DNA of 64,000 nt from Rhynchopus sp. YZ270_cl-10 (taxonomy: Eukaryota), in the NCBI GenBank assembly GCA_964035575.1, contig OZ037835.1, positions 1,240,001-1,304,000 of the forward strand, given 5' to 3'. The translations under genes were made by a program, and so were the position numbers. The notes below the pieces were generated by a model. The model had not been told where the DNA came from. It was given only the letters and a program-made list of their open reading frames with translations, and searched no databases. Below are positions 11,241 to 22,892 of this stretch, piece by piece; positions within the stretch are counted from its first letter, which is position 1, and each line of letters opens with the position of its first letter.

Positions 11241-13349
11241 TCCAACAGAATAAATTTTGGGAAGCTGGCACAAAGGTACCTCTCCCAGAATAGAGCATGA
11301 TGCCCCTTTTTTGCGGGGGGGGGACAAAAATAATTTACTCCGAAAACACGTTATTTTAATAGTTTGGAGACTCGTCACACCTCTGGCTTTTCTCTCGGTA
11401 ACTTTTGACCTAAAGAACACTGGTAAAAATGCACGACAAAAACGGGACAAAAAATGACGCCGAGCGAATTCCTTAGATGTCAGGAAGAGTTAGGATCATG
11501 CCTGGCAACAACGTGGAAAAAATTGTTGTTGTTCCAAAAGGCAACAAGACCACCCACAAGGGGTGTTGAATTGTGCACTGTCCGGGGGAGCACAAAGTTT
11601 TTTCCCTGTACACAGTGTACACATCTTTATCACTTTGGTCCCACGGGGACACATTTGGATACTGCACGCATGCAGAAGTGCCAAACATGTCCGCACGTGG
11701 AGTGGAGTGTCCACCATGTTTTCCTGGTTTCCAAAAAGCAGTTTTCTTGCACTCACTATTTGCCCCGGTCTGGCAATAGAAGTGGCTAACATTGTAATGA
11801 GTAGCATATACATACCGTTGTGATCCAAATGAGTAAGGCCACTAACAAAGTCCTCTGGACTTTTTTGTTGTGTCGACAATCGCCGGGTAATCCCGGAGAA
11901 TTAGGGTCTGGCCGAAGCCTTTTGTACTACGGAAGGTAGCAACCTTTCAGAGCAACTATGAGTAAGAAAAGGATCGGGTTTTGGAGGTTACAGTCCTCGT
12001 TTAAAAAGTTAAAGGTAGAGGTGGGGAAACTGTAGCTATAGAAATCGTTGTTGCAGTAGTGTAGACACCCGAGGATGCACCACTATGCTTTTCTTTGGTT
12101 GTATCGATCACCTACATGAGGTAGGATCTGTACACAATGTCGCCCGAAGGCTTTGTACTTAATTGGTATTTTTTATGTTAGAAGTCGCGTTTGGGTGCGG
12201 ACGTCTTTTTTCTGTTTTCTGTTTTCTGTACGGGTCTCGGTTCGCGGTGTGGTGCGAAAAGCTGCATACCATACCATAGGTGCTCATTTCACTACCAGGA
12301 CTCGAGTCGCGATGAGCCCATACGTGCCCCCAAACAGAAACGCAAAAACGACGACCGACGCAGCGCAGCTACTAAACCCTGCCCAGCCGCAGCCGTCGGG
12401 TAGAGAGCGTGGCAGCTGAACTGGCTCAGTTCAAAAGTGAAAACGATGTGTGTCGATCTCCCCCACACCTTTTCTCCCTTTTGCGCATCTCAATGGCGCC
12501 CTTTTTTTTGCACATTGCAAATAAAATTGAGTTTTTAAAACCAATTTTAAGCAAGGGTCACTCTCCAGACTCCGCCGTGTTCCTCCCCCTCTCCGACCCC
12601 TCACAGGAAATGGAAATCGTTCACGCACACGAGTGCGTGGATGCCCATCTCGCGGGGATGATGGCGCAGGCACGCCCCGCCAACGACGCCCGTATGCCCC
12701 ATCTGCACTCGCTGCACACCTGGGCCTTTAGTACCTGGGTAGTACGCGAACACGGCTGCGCGGCACGGGGCACGTACCTGCGGCTGGCCAGAGAGATGGA
12801 GAGGAAATCCTTTTCGGATTCCCACCACTCTCGCTGCCTCGAGCAGGCTGTCCGGGCGGGGGAAGACGAGCGCAAAGATCGCAGAAGTAAGAAACGGGGG
12901 GCAGGGGCAAAAGGACGTAGACAGAGGGGCAACGAGAGGGAGGGAAACGGGCTCTGCGGACCCAAGAGCCACCAAAGTGCCTGACTTGTTGCCCTAAAAA
13001 ATAAGTTCAGACGTGCCCTAAAATAAGTTCAGGGTTGCCCTACAAAAATTTTTAGGGCAAATCTGAACTTTTTCAAAATAGGGTAGGGTAAATCTGACTA
13101 TTCCCCTTATTATTACTTTTTATTTTCAAAAAGTTCTGTTGATCATCAACAGAACTTTGTTAGGTGGCGGCCCCCCTGGAATTGACCCTACCACCGACTG
13201 ATGCTTTGTGTATCGTGGTCACCCTTCTGTTGGGTGTCCCAGGGGGTGACCCCGATCAGGGGTGTGTTCTTCGTCCTCTCTTGTCACCCACAACCTCTGC
13301 ACAAAAAGAAACCAACACAAAAGACACATCAACAATACACAAACACACA

Positions 13350-14105
13350 ATGCCGAAGCGACACGCAGACAGCACGCAGGACAAGAACCCACGAAAGAGA
13401 AGACAGCTTTCTGCAGACGAGGTCTTGGTGGAGGCTGCCAGGAACGGCGACACGACTGCCGTGCGGGCGGTCCTTGAGGAGTTCAACCCACACAGAAAAA
13501 AAGTGGCCTTCGATGCTGCGCACGAGGCATGCAGAGGGAACCACGATGAATGCCTCACACTGCTTCTTCCGTATGTTGAGACAACGCAGATGTGCTTTGG
13601 GATGCTGCTGAGTGAGTGTGTCCACGCAGACCACGTTGCGTGCACGGAGGTCCTCTTGCAGCATTGGAAGTGCGTCTGCAACAACGTGGCGTTTGTCCCG
13701 CATGAGTCCAAGCACAGCGCAGGTCAGTCAGCGAGTCTCTGTCCGGCCATGTGGTCAGACCCTGCAGTGTGTCGCGTCTTGATTGATGCAGGGGCAGACT
13801 TACGTACGAAAGACGAGTGCGGACGTTTGTCTCTGCACTATGCTTGCGATTCAGGAGCACTTGAGGTTGTAAAGATGTTGGTTGAAGCAGGTGCGGGAGT
13901 GCGTGCCACAATCAACGAAGGATGGACGTGTCTTATGCTTGCTACGTGTTCTGGACGCACTGATATTGTGCGCTATCTTGTGGGCTTGCCAGAGGTGGAT
14001 GTGAATCACCGAGACACTGACAACTACACTGCGTTGCACTTAGCAGGACAGGCAAGTTACGCAGACATTGTGCAGGTGCTGGTTGATGCAGGTGCACGAC
14101 TATGA
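13350..14105 (+). CDS. Ankyrin-repeat protein, ~251 aa, possibly C-terminally truncated
   Basis: ATG at 13350 follows a CA-rich leader like those of the other genes. N-terminal basic PRKRR; ankyrin repeats (LHYACDSGALEVVKMLVEAGA, CLMLATCSGRTDIVRYLV, TALHLAG...VQVLVDAGA); a degenerate extra repeat follows the stop. Confidence 0.8.
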   Translation: MPKRHADSTQDKNPRKRRQLSADEVLVEAARNGDTTAVRAVLEEFNPHRKKVAFDAAHEACRGNHDECLTLLLPYVETTQMCFGMLLSECVHADHVACTEVLLQHWKCVCNNVAFVPHESKHSAGQSASLCPAMWSDPAVCRVLIDAGADLRTKDECGRLSLHYACDSGALEVVKMLVEAGAGVRATINEGWTCLMLATCSGRTDIVRYLVGLPEVDVNHRDTDNYTALHLAGQASYADIVQVLVDAGARL

Positions 14106-15105
14106 TTGTAATTAAGGAGCACATGTCGTTGCGAAATTGTTGGTCACCTGAGGTCGTGCGTGCCACAACCGAAGAAGGATGCACGTGTTTTTGCCCTGCG
14201 CGTATTGTGTCGTGCTGCAAGCTGCTTGCCACATGCTGCTGTTGTCAACGTTGTTGTGCTCATCAGTCTCTCCACACACCCGCAACAGAACACGAAGCTC
14301 CACAGACCTCCCAGACAGCGTGCAAAGAGACATCCCCTGCGCCCTTGCTGCCTGCAGTCCACCTCAACAACAGAGCAGAGTTCCGACACCTCCTCCCGAA
14401 GTGCAAACCCACCCAACCATCGTTGAGCACGTCGCATCCTCGCCACACAGCTCTTCCACACTGCGCACCCATCACCATCTGCAGGGAACCACCACAACTT
14501 TCGTTCGGCAGTAGCGCAACAGATGGCTGGTGTCTCTCGTGGGGTTTGTGAGGACTCCGATCGGATCGTGATACGGAGTTTGCATGCGTGCAGCGCAGCG
14601 GGAGGGATGCTTGCGCACACGAGAGACGAGCTGAAGAAGTGCCGGGAGGCTGCAAATGACGAAATGGATGTAGGACTGCATGGTTGGGTCCACCCCGGTG
14701 CAGCTGTCACGTAAGAGTGTACCAAGGTGCACTGTTCACGAGAGGGCTGTTGTGTTTCAAGTCACACTTATAAAGAGATCAGTTGGTTGTTGATTGTTTG
14801 GGGGTTTTGGGTTATTTGTTGCAGTTGTGGTCTGTGGTGTCTGGTGGGGCTTGCCCTGAGTGTGTTTGCAGTCGGTGGTTGCCTGTTTCTGATGGTGGCC
14901 CAGTATGGTTTATCTTACAAACGTTTCTCTCTTTCCTGGGGTGATTTGAGGTACTTTTACTTCAAACACAGACACAACAATGCTACGATGTACGCGAACT
15001 TTCCTTTGCAGTCAACGCAGGGAAAGACATGTTATGGGGTGGTTCAGTGATTTGCTGTTTCTCTTTTTTTAATTTTCTGCTTTTCATTTTTTTTTTTTTT
15101 TTTTG

Positions 15106-17310
15106 TCTGATACACATACAGGATGTGTTGGTATTTGTTTGGATTGGTAGCAATTATTGCACGGAATACTTTACGTATACACGGCAGCCATCAAGACCAA
15201 GACTCTTTAGGTTACTCTTCCTCCTGGTGATCAGACATTACATCCAGTAAGGACAGAGAAAGGAATAAGAAAAAAGAAAAAAAAAACTTTTGTATTTTGT
15301 GTATTCCCGAAACAAAAAACTGAAGTAGAAGGTACCAAATGTTCACACGAACATCGGTTTCACGATATTCACCCACCATTTAAAGGGAAATCACTGAAGA
15401 TGTCCACCCTTTTGAATACAACTGTATGATTCTTAGGACTGAAACAGGGTTAATATCAGAAACCAATCTACTGAAGTTTCAACTTGTGCACGAAGCATTT
15501 TACTTTTCTTTTCTACGTTTTGCAAAACACACACCATAAAAAGAAAGATGGGACCATTTTTGTTGATCCCTCACCATATACTATCAATTTATTGATTGCA
15601 TATGATGAAAATACTTTTTATTTACAAGTGCCTCCAGACATGCTGTGAAAAACTGAGCCTCGCTTAGAGTATGTTGCGGAATGGTCTCTAGTACATTAGC
15701 CCTAAAAAGCTAAACACATAGTGCAAACTAGTTTATATTTATAGATATATTCTACTGCTGCACTATGCTTTGTTTACTCATAATTACAAAGGAGTTAACA
15801 GAAAGTCGAAGCACACAATACAGCTGTCCTGTGAACTTCGCACTACACCCCACCCCCTCCCTACCTCTTTGAAACAGTCAAAAAAGAAATCAAAATAAAA
15901 AAAAAAAAAAAAAAAACAGCAGAAAAAGAGACCAAAAAAAAAAAAAATGATATAATAACAAGGGAGAGCAAGTAGGTTATTTAAAGTAGGTTGACGACAC
16001 CGAAACCCCAATAAAAAAAATGTGTCCGTTTATGGTGTCAACGTTAAAGACTACCAGAAGCAGCTCAATGCATTCTGAAAAAAATAAGCGAGCGATTCTA
16101 GGCTATATATGTTCATGAAGCCAATGAATCTAGATAAAGGTCCTATTTCAAAGAATTCCCACAAACAAACACCACTTTTATTTTTACTTTTTTTCAACAA
16201 ACCAAATAAAAAGAAAAAAAAACTCTTTTACACCACTGGAAGGGACTAGACCTCGTACTTGACCCTTTCAGTGAGACGTCAGACCAATGTATTACATTGC
16301 CACACCCTGGGTAAGCTGTGCAGTCTGTAGGCCTACTACAAAAACCGCAAAACTTTGGAAAAAAAAAAAGAACGAAGATAATAGGTATATCGCAGTAGTA
16401 ATTTGGTCGTGGTTTACCAATGGTAATGTCCACGACGCAGTTTATATGGTTGTACTCAACGCGTACTATGTCACTAGTGATGAGTATTTTTCTCGCAGGA
16501 GCGATTTGGTCTTGGTGGGCATCTTAGCTTTCCCATTTTTTAAGGGACAATAGCCTTGAGACTAAGACTCCAGGACACATATTAAATTGTTTGCAATGCA
16601 CGTTTTGCTATCTCTTTGTACTACTCTAGTCTTTGTGTAGGTGTTTCAATACAATGGACAATGGATGATTAAACTGGTTTTAATCATTGCTTGGACGGCG
16701 AACTACTAAGTCCAGAAAATTCAGTATGTTTTTCACTTTTCTATTTTTTACTTTTATTTTATTTCTCTTTCTTGTGTGTTTGCTGAGGTTTTCTATCTGA
16801 TACACATACAGGATGTGTTGGTATTTGTTTGGATTGGTAGCAATTATTGCACGGAATACTTTACGTATACACGGCAGCCATCAAGACCAAGACTCTTTAG
16901 GTTACTCTTCCTCCTGGTGATCAGACATTACATCCAGTAAGGACAGAGAAAGGAATAAGAAAAAAGAAAAAAAAAAACTTTTGTATTTTGTGTATTCCCG
17001 AAACAAAAAACTGAAGTAGAAGGTACCAAATGTTCACACGAACATCGGTTTCACGATATTCACCCACCATTTAAAGGGAAATCACTGAAGATGTCCACCC
17101 TTTTGAATACAACTGTATGATTCTTAGGACTGAAACAGGGTTAATATCAGAAACCAATCTACTGAAGTTTCAACTTGTGCACGAAGCATTTTACTTTTCT
17201 TTTCTACGTTTTGCAAAACACACACCATAAAAAGAAAGATGGGACCATTTTTGTTGATCCCTCACCATATACTATCAATTTATTGATTGCATATGATGAA
17301 AATACTTTTT
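15106..17310 (+). repeat. Near-perfect ~515-bp direct repeat (15106-15619 and 16796-17310) in an AT-rich, hairpin-rich non-coding block
   Basis: Direct sequence comparison. Confidence 0.9.
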
Positions 17311-17411
17311 TTTTGAATATACGACATACTTGTAGCTAACTAGCCGTGGTACGTGGCGATTTTGTTTCCCAAAAGAAAGAAAAAAATCGGCCGGAAAGAA
17401 ATTTTTTTTAC

Positions 17412-18017
17412 CCAGGAAAAAAAATTTTACCCAGGGAAAAAATTTTCCCCCAGGAAATAAATTTCCCTCAGGAAATAAATTTCCCCCAGGAAATAAATTT
17501 CCCTCAGGCACTAAATTTGCCTCAGGAAATAAATTTCCCCCAGGAAATAAATTTCCCTCAGGAAATAAATTTCCCCCAGGAAATAAATTTGCCTCGGGCA
17601 ATAAATTTGCCCCAGGAAATAAATTTCCCTCAGGAAATAAATTTCCCCCAGGAAATAAATTTGCCTCGGGCAATAAATTTCCCTCAGGAAATAAATTTCC
17701 CCTCGGGAAATAAATTTGCCCCAGGAAATAAATTTCCCTCAGGCAATAAATTTCCCTCAGGAAATAAATTTTCCCTCAGGAAATAAATTTCCCCTCGGGA
17801 AATAAATTTTCCCCAGGAAATAAATTTCCCCCAGGAAATAAATTTGCCTCGGGCAATAAATTTCCCTCAGGAAATAAATTTCCCCTCGGGAAATAAATTT
17901 GCCCCAGGAAATAAATTTCCCTCAGGCAATAAATTTCCCTCAGGAAATAAATTTCCCCTCGGGCAATAAATTTGCCCCAGGAAATAAATTTCCCTAGGAA
18001 ATAAATTTCCTTCCAGG
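17412..18017. repeat. 18-bp minisatellite CAGGAAATAAATTTCCC(C/T), ~30+ copies
   Basis: Direct reading; each unit contains the dyad GGAAAT-AA-ATTTCC. Confidence 0.95.
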
Positions 18018-18409
18018 ATATGCACCTGGGGAACTGGGTTGCATCCTGTATCTTAAATTTTTTTGCCTGCGGCGCCATTTTTTCATTTTTTGCTCCGAAA
18101 AAAAGGGTTCGTTGAGTGACTCTGGTGACAGGGATTACGCTCCACGTGTGGAACGTATGGAAATCCATACGTGAATTGTTTTGAAAAGGTGGAATCCGTA
18201 CGTGTCCATACGTGGTAATTTGGGTTTTGGATTGAGGCTGGGGTGGGGTTAGGTGAGGAGTGGGGGCTCCGCCCACCTCTCACCTACCCCCCACAGAATT
18301 CTATTTTTAGAAGACAATTTTCTTCTATTTTACCGGAAAAGGAAGATGCACTGCGGCGCGAGCTTTCAACCCACCCTTCCCGCGACATAGTAGGCAATTT
18401 TAAGCGCAA

Positions 18410-18740
18410 TTTTTAGAAATGTTGCGTACCGTGGCTTCGCTAGAAACTTTTGTTTTAGCAAAATATGGAAGTAAAATTTACGGAACTGGACGATAGTTAC
18501 CAACAAAAGTGCCATTTTATGTCAACATTTTAAAGAAATGTTGCGTACCGTGGCTTCGCCAGAACCTTTGGGAAGCAATGAGGAGTGAGAAAGAAGGATA
18601 AGGGCAAAGAAAAAAGTAGCGTACCATGCGCCTGCGGCGCAAGCTTGCATTACGCCCTTTCCATGACATAGTTTGGCTGTAAAAAAAGGTGCAATTGTAA
18701 GCGCATTTTTTAGAAATGTTGCGTACCGTGGCTTCGCCAC
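18410..18740 (+). repeat. Three dispersed copies of AGAAATGTTGCGTACCGTGGCTTCGC (likely transposon subterminal motif)
   Basis: Copies at ~18415, ~18534, ~18712. Confidence 0.7.
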
Positions 18741-19185
18741 GAGTTTAACACTGAAAAGATGGGGAATATGCTTGAACGCGCTGTTGCCCTGTTTCTCAGC
18801 AACAAGCGTCACAGATTCAAGAGAAAACGGAGGTGTTCCTGCTGATGGCGGAGGAGTTGGAAAACGTCGCTCCCCCCGTATTTGTTTCCGGAATTGAGCT
18901 GCTGAGGACCTTTTTCGCGCGAAGCGCGAAAATTTTTTTTTTGCCAAAAAGAAAGAAATTGGGCGTGGAATTCTAAAATTTTTCGGGAAAAACGGCATAT
19001 TTAGCGATAAGTATGATATACGAGAATCGTCATATAAAAATAAAACTCTGTTTTTAGATAGTGCTTGCCGAATTACTCCCCAGATTCATTCACTCAGGGA
19101 CACTAATTCGTGCGATCAACGAAAAAACTTTTTCTCTTTTTTTTCCTTGTTTTCGTTTCTTTTTACTGAATACATGGAAAACAAA

Positions 19186-19520
19186 AGATCTTAGTAAGGG
19201 GAAATTTTTTTTGAGCGGGGTTTTGATATCTTCTTAGTTTTTTTTTTCCACTAAGATCTTAGTGGAAAAAAACACCAAAAAACTAAGATCTTAGTTTTTT
19301 TTCTAAGATCTTAGTTTTTTTTTCTAAGATCGTAGCCACTTTATTTTTAAGATCTTAGTTTTGTTTTTAAGATCTTAGTTTTTTTTGGTGGAAACTAAGA
19401 TCTTAACAAAAAAAAACTAAGATATTCAACACAAAACACTAAGATCTTACTTAATTTTAAGAAAACACTAAGATCTTAAAAAAACGGTGTTTTTCGCTCA
19501 TATCTTAATTAAGATCTTTT
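19186..19520. repeat. Cluster of the palindrome (C)TAAGATCTTA(G), >10 copies
   Basis: Direct reading. Confidence 0.85.
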
Positions 19521-20368
19521 GTAATCCATGTGAATATCTATCTAAAAAAGGAAGAGTTTCATTTTTTTAAAATCCTTGGTCACAATATACGCGAGCTTTC
19601 CTGCAGTCAACGCAGGGAAAGCATAATCAACGATGTGATACAGGATATGGGTGGTTCAGTGATTCCACAGAACCGACACCTTTGGTGTGTCTCAACCAAA
19701 GGCCAAATAATTTAAAAAGAGAGAATATTTGAAGTAAACGAAGAATAAGAAAGTGTCACCTACCCTTTTCATGACAACATCCTCCCCGCCCAACCCCCAA
19801 CTCCCAACATACCCGGGGCTTGGTGTTGCGAAGTGCGACGTGAATGCCCCATCACTCTCCGCTTTGAGCTTTCCCAGATTCACAGCAACTGCTCTGGTGC
19901 GGACAGCCTGCACCTTCGATGTAGTGACAGCAAAGCGAAGGCGTTGTGCGTATGATATGTGCTCATACAAGGCTTTCGAGATCGCATTCTTGTTTGTTCC
20001 GTTGTTGCGTTGTGTTGAGGATGATATTGGTCTTATGAACTCCCGTCTTCCCACAGTTTGTTGGCAAGGTTCTTGAAAAGGACTGCAGGCTTGTTGTCCT
20101 CCACACCCCACCACAACACACAGAGATCAGAACACAAAACCACAACAAAGACATGGACCTGAACATCAAGGGTTTCGACACGAATCAGCACACAGTCGAG
20201 GTGGGTGAAGATGACACAGTGGAGGGCTTGCGGCGGAAGGTGGCGTCTGCAATGGGGTTGCTTGAAGACGGCTTTTGCATGAGTTTCGGAGACGAAGCGC
20301 TGGGAGAAGGAGCGGACATGACGCAGCTGAGTGCTGGTGACACAATCATCCTCACGAAGACGCAGAAG

Positions 20369-20456
20369 GAGGGTGAAAGACAGCGCGCCGCCACGTGGTA
20401 CCCTCGGGGGGCGGCCCCCTCCGCCTTGGGGGGAGTCGCCTGCGAAAGCGCAAGTC
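20369..20456 (+). ncRNA. HDV-like self-cleaving ribozyme (predicted) at the LINE 5' end
   Basis: P1 GAGGGT/ACCCTC, P2 GAC-a-GCGC/GCGC-aa-GTC, P3 GCC/GGT, L3 GCCACGT, P1.1 CC/GG, P4 GGGCGGC../..GTCGCCT, J4/2 GCGAAA with candidate catalytic C20443. Starts exactly at the TSD boundary. Confidence 0.75.
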
Positions 20457-20486
20457 GGGCGGTCGCCAGGGAGCAATTCTGGTGCG

Positions 20487-22880
20487 ATGTGTGGAGGAGC
20501 AGTCGGGGTGGACGGGAACGGGGTCGGGGAGAAGGAGGTACTGGCGGAATACCTCAAGCAGTTTGAGCTGCGGATGAAGGAAGCCGGGGGGGCCGGAGAC
20601 TGCCAATTCAAGGCGGTCTCCATGGCAATGCACGGAGAGGCGACAGCGCACGTTGGGTTGAGGGCGATGTGTGTCGCTGAGCTGAGGAAGAGCGTGGGGG
20701 ACTGGACGGCGTTCGTGCAGGGTAGCTACCAAAGCTACTGCACCGCTATGGCGAAGCAGGGCACCTGGGGGGACCACCTCACCCTACAGGCGATGGCGTG
20801 CATGCTCGAAAAAGACATGCAGGTGTTCTCGGTACGCGACGAGAAAGTCCGAGTACTGAAGCTGCAGTCGGCAGGAGAGGGAAGGCGGGGGGCGGCAATA
20901 TCACTGGCATACCTCGGGGGGTGTCACTACATGTGCATACATGCCAGTGACAAGGGGGAGCTGTCGCTGGAGGAGCGAGCACGGAGGGCGATGTCCGGGG
21001 GGGCTCTGGAGTCGGAAGACGCGGAGTGGATGGTGCCGCAACCGAAATGCGTGGCAGATGGAGGATTCGCTCAAGGCGGAGCAAAGAAGAAGGCAACAGG
21101 GACGCTCACTCTGCTGCGGTCGTCATGGGTAGGGAAGGAACTGGTGTCGTGGGGGGAGGTAGGGGAAAGGTCCGCAGGGGTCTGCCTCGTACCGCCGGGC
21201 AAGGAGGCAGAGGCGGAGCAGAAGATACCACGCAGCCCAGGTGTGACGTGGGTGGGATTCGCCCCCTTCCCGAGATCAGGGGGGGTGAAGGTGCAGCAGT
21301 GTGCAATGGGAAGGGAAGGGAATGGGGGGGTATTTTTGGGAGCGACGAACACCACCGTCTATGTGGTGGGTGATGCCAGGCCAGGGAAGGATGGAGGGGG
21401 GAAGCGTGCAGCGGCGGTCCTGCGGATGGCGGAGATACACGTGGCGATGCGGAACGTGCAGGACCTCGCGTCGTCGGGGAGGTGCATGCGCGCTGCGGTG
21501 GAGAAGTGGGGAGGTAACCTGCGCGGCGATCCTGTCGTGCATGAGAAGTTGGTGCTCGGCAAGGCGGACGTTCGTGGCTGGGGCGCCTGGGGGGGTTGGA
21601 GTGCACCCGCATTCGCATCCGCATCCGCAGCCACGTCCACGCCCACTCCACCGCCGCATCCGCAGGCACATCCACCTCGGGCACAGCAGAAGAGGCCTAC
21701 ACCTGCGACGACGACATCACCCACACCGTCGGTCCCCACACCAGCAGCCGCACCGCAGGACGCTTCCCACCACCAGAAATGGGAGGAGCTGGAGCGTCGC
21801 ATGGGCGAAAGAGTGGACCGCCTGGTGGGAGAGCGCCTGCAGTCGCTGCTGAAGGAGACGGTGTCGTCAGTGACGGAGATGACGGCGCAGATACGGAAGG
21901 AGCAGGCAGAGCAGAGGAAGGACCAGCAGGCCTTCATGGATGGTGTCATGAGGCTGCTGACAAAAGCGGATACGACGCAACCAGCGTCGGACGCCGGTGT
22001 TGAACGGATGGAGGAGACGGTGCCCGCTAACCTGGCTGGCAAGAGAGACACCCGGAGTGGGTCTAGCGGCAGACAGAGCCCTCGCCGTAAGATGAAGATA
22101 GCGGAGCCGACACCCCCCGCCGCCTCTACCAATGTTGAGCAGCAGGGAACCGATAACGCCACCAATGACGAGGTGGGGGTGGGTGAAGATCCCGTTCTGC
22201 CGGATGGTGTCTCCGAACAAGCAGATGAAGCGTCAGACGCCGGTGATGTGCAGATGGAGGAGACGATGCCCGCTAACCTGGCTGGCAAGAGGGACACCCG
22301 GAGTGGGTCAAGCGGCATCCAGAGCCAAAGCCCGCGTCGCAGGAGGAAGGTAGAAGAGACGACAGCCCCCGCCGCCTCTACCAATGTTGAGGAGCAGGCA
22401 GACGCCATCGGTGCTGATGTGGTGGGGATGGGTGAAGAAGCCGTTCTGCCGGAGTGTGTCTCCCCAACCAGCAACGAGGACGGAGAAATGGCAAGTGCGA
22501 TGTCCTCCCCTGCACCCGTGCCGTTGTCACCCCCCTCCGATGCGATGGAAGCTGATGAGGTGGAGATCCCCCCCCCCGTCAGCATGGCAGGCAAGAGGGA
22601 CACCCGCAGCGGATCCAGTGGGATTGCACAGCTGAGCCCTCGGCGCCGTGCGAGGATTGACCTGCCCGCGCCCCAGTCCCGGACCCGGTCGCAATCACTC
22701 CCAGTGGAGTCAGAGTGGCTGCAGGAAGGCGATCTGATGGTCTACTGCGTAGACCAAATGCGGTTTGATGTGGTGGTGGTGAAGATGACCGTCGAGGGTG
22801 TGGAGATCGCGTTTGGTCCTCTCCAAGGACACCCAAACCGGACGGTACCGCGCAGCTGCTTGTTTGGCAGGACGAAGTGA
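20487..22880 (+). CDS. LINE ORF1 with N-terminal OTU-like cysteine protease, ~797 aa
   Basis: GAGDCQFKAVS...YC..M.KQGTWGDHLTLQA...LAYLGGCHY is the OTU pattern with Cys and His. Also a coiled coil and three internal repeats of AGKRDTRSGSSG..SPRR. Confidence 0.8.
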   Translation: MCGGAVGVDGNGVGEKEVLAEYLKQFELRMKEAGGAGDCQFKAVSMAMHGEATAHVGLRAMCVAELRKSVGDWTAFVQGSYQSYCTAMAKQGTWGDHLTLQAMACMLEKDMQVFSVRDEKVRVLKLQSAGEGRRGAAISLAYLGGCHYMCIHASDKGELSLEERARRAMSGGALESEDAEWMVPQPKCVADGGFAQGGAKKKATGTLTLLRSSWVGKELVSWGEVGERSAGVCLVPPGKEAEAEQKIPRSPGVTWVGFAPFPRSGGVKVQQCAMGREGNGGVFLGATNTTVYVVGDARPGKDGGGKRAAAVLRMAEIHVAMRNVQDLASSGRCMRAAVEKWGGNLRGDPVVHEKLVLGKADVRGWGAWGGWSAPAFASASAATSTPTPPPHPQAHPPRAQQKRPTPATTTSPTPSVPTPAAAPQDASHHQKWEELERRMGERVDRLVGERLQSLLKETVSSVTEMTAQIRKEQAEQRKDQQAFMDGVMRLLTKADTTQPASDAGVERMEETVPANLAGKRDTRSGSSGRQSPRRKMKIAEPTPPAASTNVEQQGTDNATNDEVGVGEDPVLPDGVSEQADEASDAGDVQMEETMPANLAGKRDTRSGSSGIQSQSPRRRRKVEETTAPAASTNVEEQADAIGADVVGMGEEAVLPECVSPTSNEDGEMASAMSSPAPVPLSPPSDAMEADEVEIPPPVSMAGKRDTRSGSSGIAQLSPRRRARIDLPAPQSRTRSQSLPVESEWLQEGDLMVYCVDQMRFDVVVVKMTVEGVEIAFGPLQGHPNRTVPRSCLFGRTK

Positions 22881-22892
22881 CGGGATGGTGTG

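Noticed and set aside
15106..17310. LTR/TRIM retrotransposon
   Set aside because: Repeat boundaries are not TG..CA; no TSD, PBS or PPT recognised
17275..18276. QEINFP / GNLFP repeat ORFs, and a possible CRISPR-like array
   Set aside because: Head-to-tail 18-bp satellite with no spacers; eukaryotic context; no cas genes
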